A DNA stretch of 63,808 nucleotides from Octopus bimaculoides (taxonomy: Eukaryota): assembly GCF_001194135.2 (NCBI RefSeq), contig NC_068984.1:65740119-65803926 (forward strand), given 5' to 3'. A program made the translations under genes and the position numbers. Positions 61,391 to 63,808 of this stretch are shown here, piece after piece (the first letter of the stretch is position 1; each line of letters opens with the position of its first letter). Below the pieces are notes generated by a model. That model was not told the DNA's origin and ran no database searches. It was given only the letters and a program-made list of their open reading frames with translations.

Positions 61391-62256
61391 AAAAAAACAA
61401 CAAAACACTTATTCCTCAATCTTCTTTGACCAGTAATAAGTTTCACTCCCTTCACTTTACACTAGCTGCTCCTTATTACTCCATAGAACATCAACTCTTC
61501 ATAATGGAATTCATGTGCCATCAATATTTTACTTCATGATGGTAACATTAGGCACTAATTAATCAATGTATATAACTTCAATTCGTACTTGATGTTTGAA
61601 ATTCAGTGTTTACTTTTTCTATAATGTCAAATACATTTTGTAACAAGACACAGAACAAGAATGATTTGTTATTTTTTTTTTGAATGAAAATATAATTTTC
61701 TAGGCTAACTAATGCAGAAGCAGAGTTTGCTCAGCTTACAAATATATAAACTACATTCATTAACTGAGAGCTGTTTACACAAGAAGTAATATTTATATCT
61801 AATATCATGATTGCACATTCCCCCTTTTGTAATGTTAGAACATGTCTATCTTAAATGGATTTTATTTCATTTGATATTATTTTCAATCTGCCCAGAAAAA
61901 GAAGTACAAATAGACAGAGATAATTAAACAAATCAGAGTTAGAATACTGATTAGTGAAAGACTCTGAAAAAGATAATTACTGAGAAATTTCTCATAAATA
62001 ATAAGAATAGCTCCAAATTTTCAGTGTAGCTTCCAACTCTATGACATGAATAACAAGACTCTTTTTAGACAGTTGCAATTTTTCTCTTGTACGAAACAGA
62101 AGCTGGTCCAATTGAATTCAAAGTATGTCTTTTGTATTATCACTTTTATACTAAAGCTTCAAATATAATGCAGTTATTTTGTAATACGACTCTATTGTTG
62201 TTTATCCTTAATTCAGTCTTGATTAAGGAGACTTATAATCAAAACAGCAATAATTT

Positions 62257-62371
62257 NNNNNNNNNNNNNNNNNNNNNNNNNNNNNNNNNNNNNNNNNNNN
62301 NNNNNNNNNNNNNNNNNNNNNNNNNNNNNNNNNNNNNNNNNNNNNNNNNNNNNNNNNNNNNNNNNNNNNNN
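62257..62371. other. Assembly gap followed by (TA)n
   Basis: N run. Confidence 1.
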
Positions 62372-62406
<35 letters not shown>

Positions 62407-63757
62407 TTCTGTATACACATATATATGTGTGTGTGTGTCAACAATTATCTTCTTAATATTCTACACACCCTTCTTCCTCCCACTGATGGGATGTACAAAC
62501 ACTAACACATTTGCAGACTTTCTTTTATACCTTTCACACTTTTCCCTCTTTTTATATAAAAGAAAAAACAACAGAAATGTGGAAAAAAAGTGAACTAGTT
62601 TGTGTACTTTGTCTTCTTACAAGAAGGATAAATTACACTATCAAAAGAAGAAATGAATCTTTTCTTAAACTCTTTCAAGAGTAAACAATCCATACTTGAA
62701 ATAGCTTCACATTAAAACAGATGAGAGTAAAGCAATATTTTAGAACATCAAACACACAAAAAAATCAAAGAACAAAAAAACAATTGACAGCCAAAAGTCA
62801 ATACAGATTAATTTCAAATGTCTGCTTTAAGATATAATTGCTATCTTTTGAGAAGAAATCAAGGAGAAAGTTTCTTAAGTAAATATTTATAAGATTATTC
62901 ATTAAATAGTTAGTTGCTATTTATATCCATACTAAATACATACTCATGTTTCTATTAGAATTTTTTTTACCTTCTTTGGCATCAAATCCGAATATAAAAA
63001 GGTATTAAAATCCCTCTTAAAGAAAGGAAAATAAAATATTAAGTAAAGTAATGTTACGTTGTAAAACCTCTCTTCATAATCACCAATTTTTGATGGGCTT
63101 ATAAAACAAAATAAATGGAAAGGTATCAATAACACCATTTTCAAATACAATTACTATTCTAATAACTAAATTCAATCATTAAGGTTATATAAATATATAT
63201 ATAACAAAAAGGAACACATGCACACATACATATATATGTACATAAATGTACGAACATATGTGTCTGTATATACATATATGCACACACACATACACACAAA
63301 GAATCAACAAAATAATTGTGTGATGTGTACGACAATTATTTCTATAGTTACATGCCTGACTAAACCCTATGCAATAAACAATACCCTTATCAAACCAGAA
63401 TAACTATCTCCATTTGTTTTTCTATATGCTACAAACATACTTTCTTCCAATTTTTCTCCAATTCCCCACTTCCAATATAATGACTTCTCTTGTCACCCAT
63501 ATACTAATTTTCATTTACTTCTTATTACTCCAGTTCAAAGAAAACCTCCTCAAAAAGTATATAATGCTAGAAAAATGCAAGTAGACTACAGCAAGCTGAA
63601 AGGTAAAAATCAATATACATTTTGAAAAAGGAATAAATAGGTACTCTACTGAAAAGTACTGTACTAAGTGGTCCTTCAATTTAATATTACATTCTTTTTA
63701 TCTATATATACTTTCACATAAAAACAATGTACACATATATATACCTATGTGTGAGTG

Positions 63758-63764
<7 letters not shown>

Positions 63765-63808
<44 letters not shown>
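63765..63808. repeat. (TA)n microsatellite at the window end
   Basis: Direct reading. Confidence 0.98.

Overview
AT-rich, microsatellite-dense, gapped eukaryotic scaffold. The SINE/LINE repertoire resembles an octopus (cephalopod) genome; this is recognition from memory, not a database result. I could not identify any intact protein-coding gene, rRNA, real tRNA or CRISPR array. Almost all ORF-track entries are microsatellite, N-gap or transposon artefacts. The window is a transposon graveyard. It holds RTE-clade LINE remnants, two (AAT)n-targeting R4/Dong elements, a cluster of Penelope-like elements (PLEs; RT plus C-terminal GIY-YIG) at 10.7-21.2 kb, Tc1/mariner remnants and three tRNA-headed SINE families, here called A, B and C. 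Three observations stand out. (1) A young PLE 3' fragment at 44781-45204 (-) reads: GIY-YIG C-terminus, tRNA-like Pol III A/B-box module, (AAT)n, then an intact minimal type-I hammerhead ribozyme. It has a 13-bp TSD and an 87-bp locally templated 5' addition. (2) A PLE whose Asn-rich linker has become (AAT)n has been invaded at that tract by R4/Dong, possibly twice. (3) CpG content drops near 29.6-30 kb, suggesting the right half lies in a methylated gene body. All translations and alignments were done by eye. Element ends are approximate (tens of bp) unless exact motifs are quoted.
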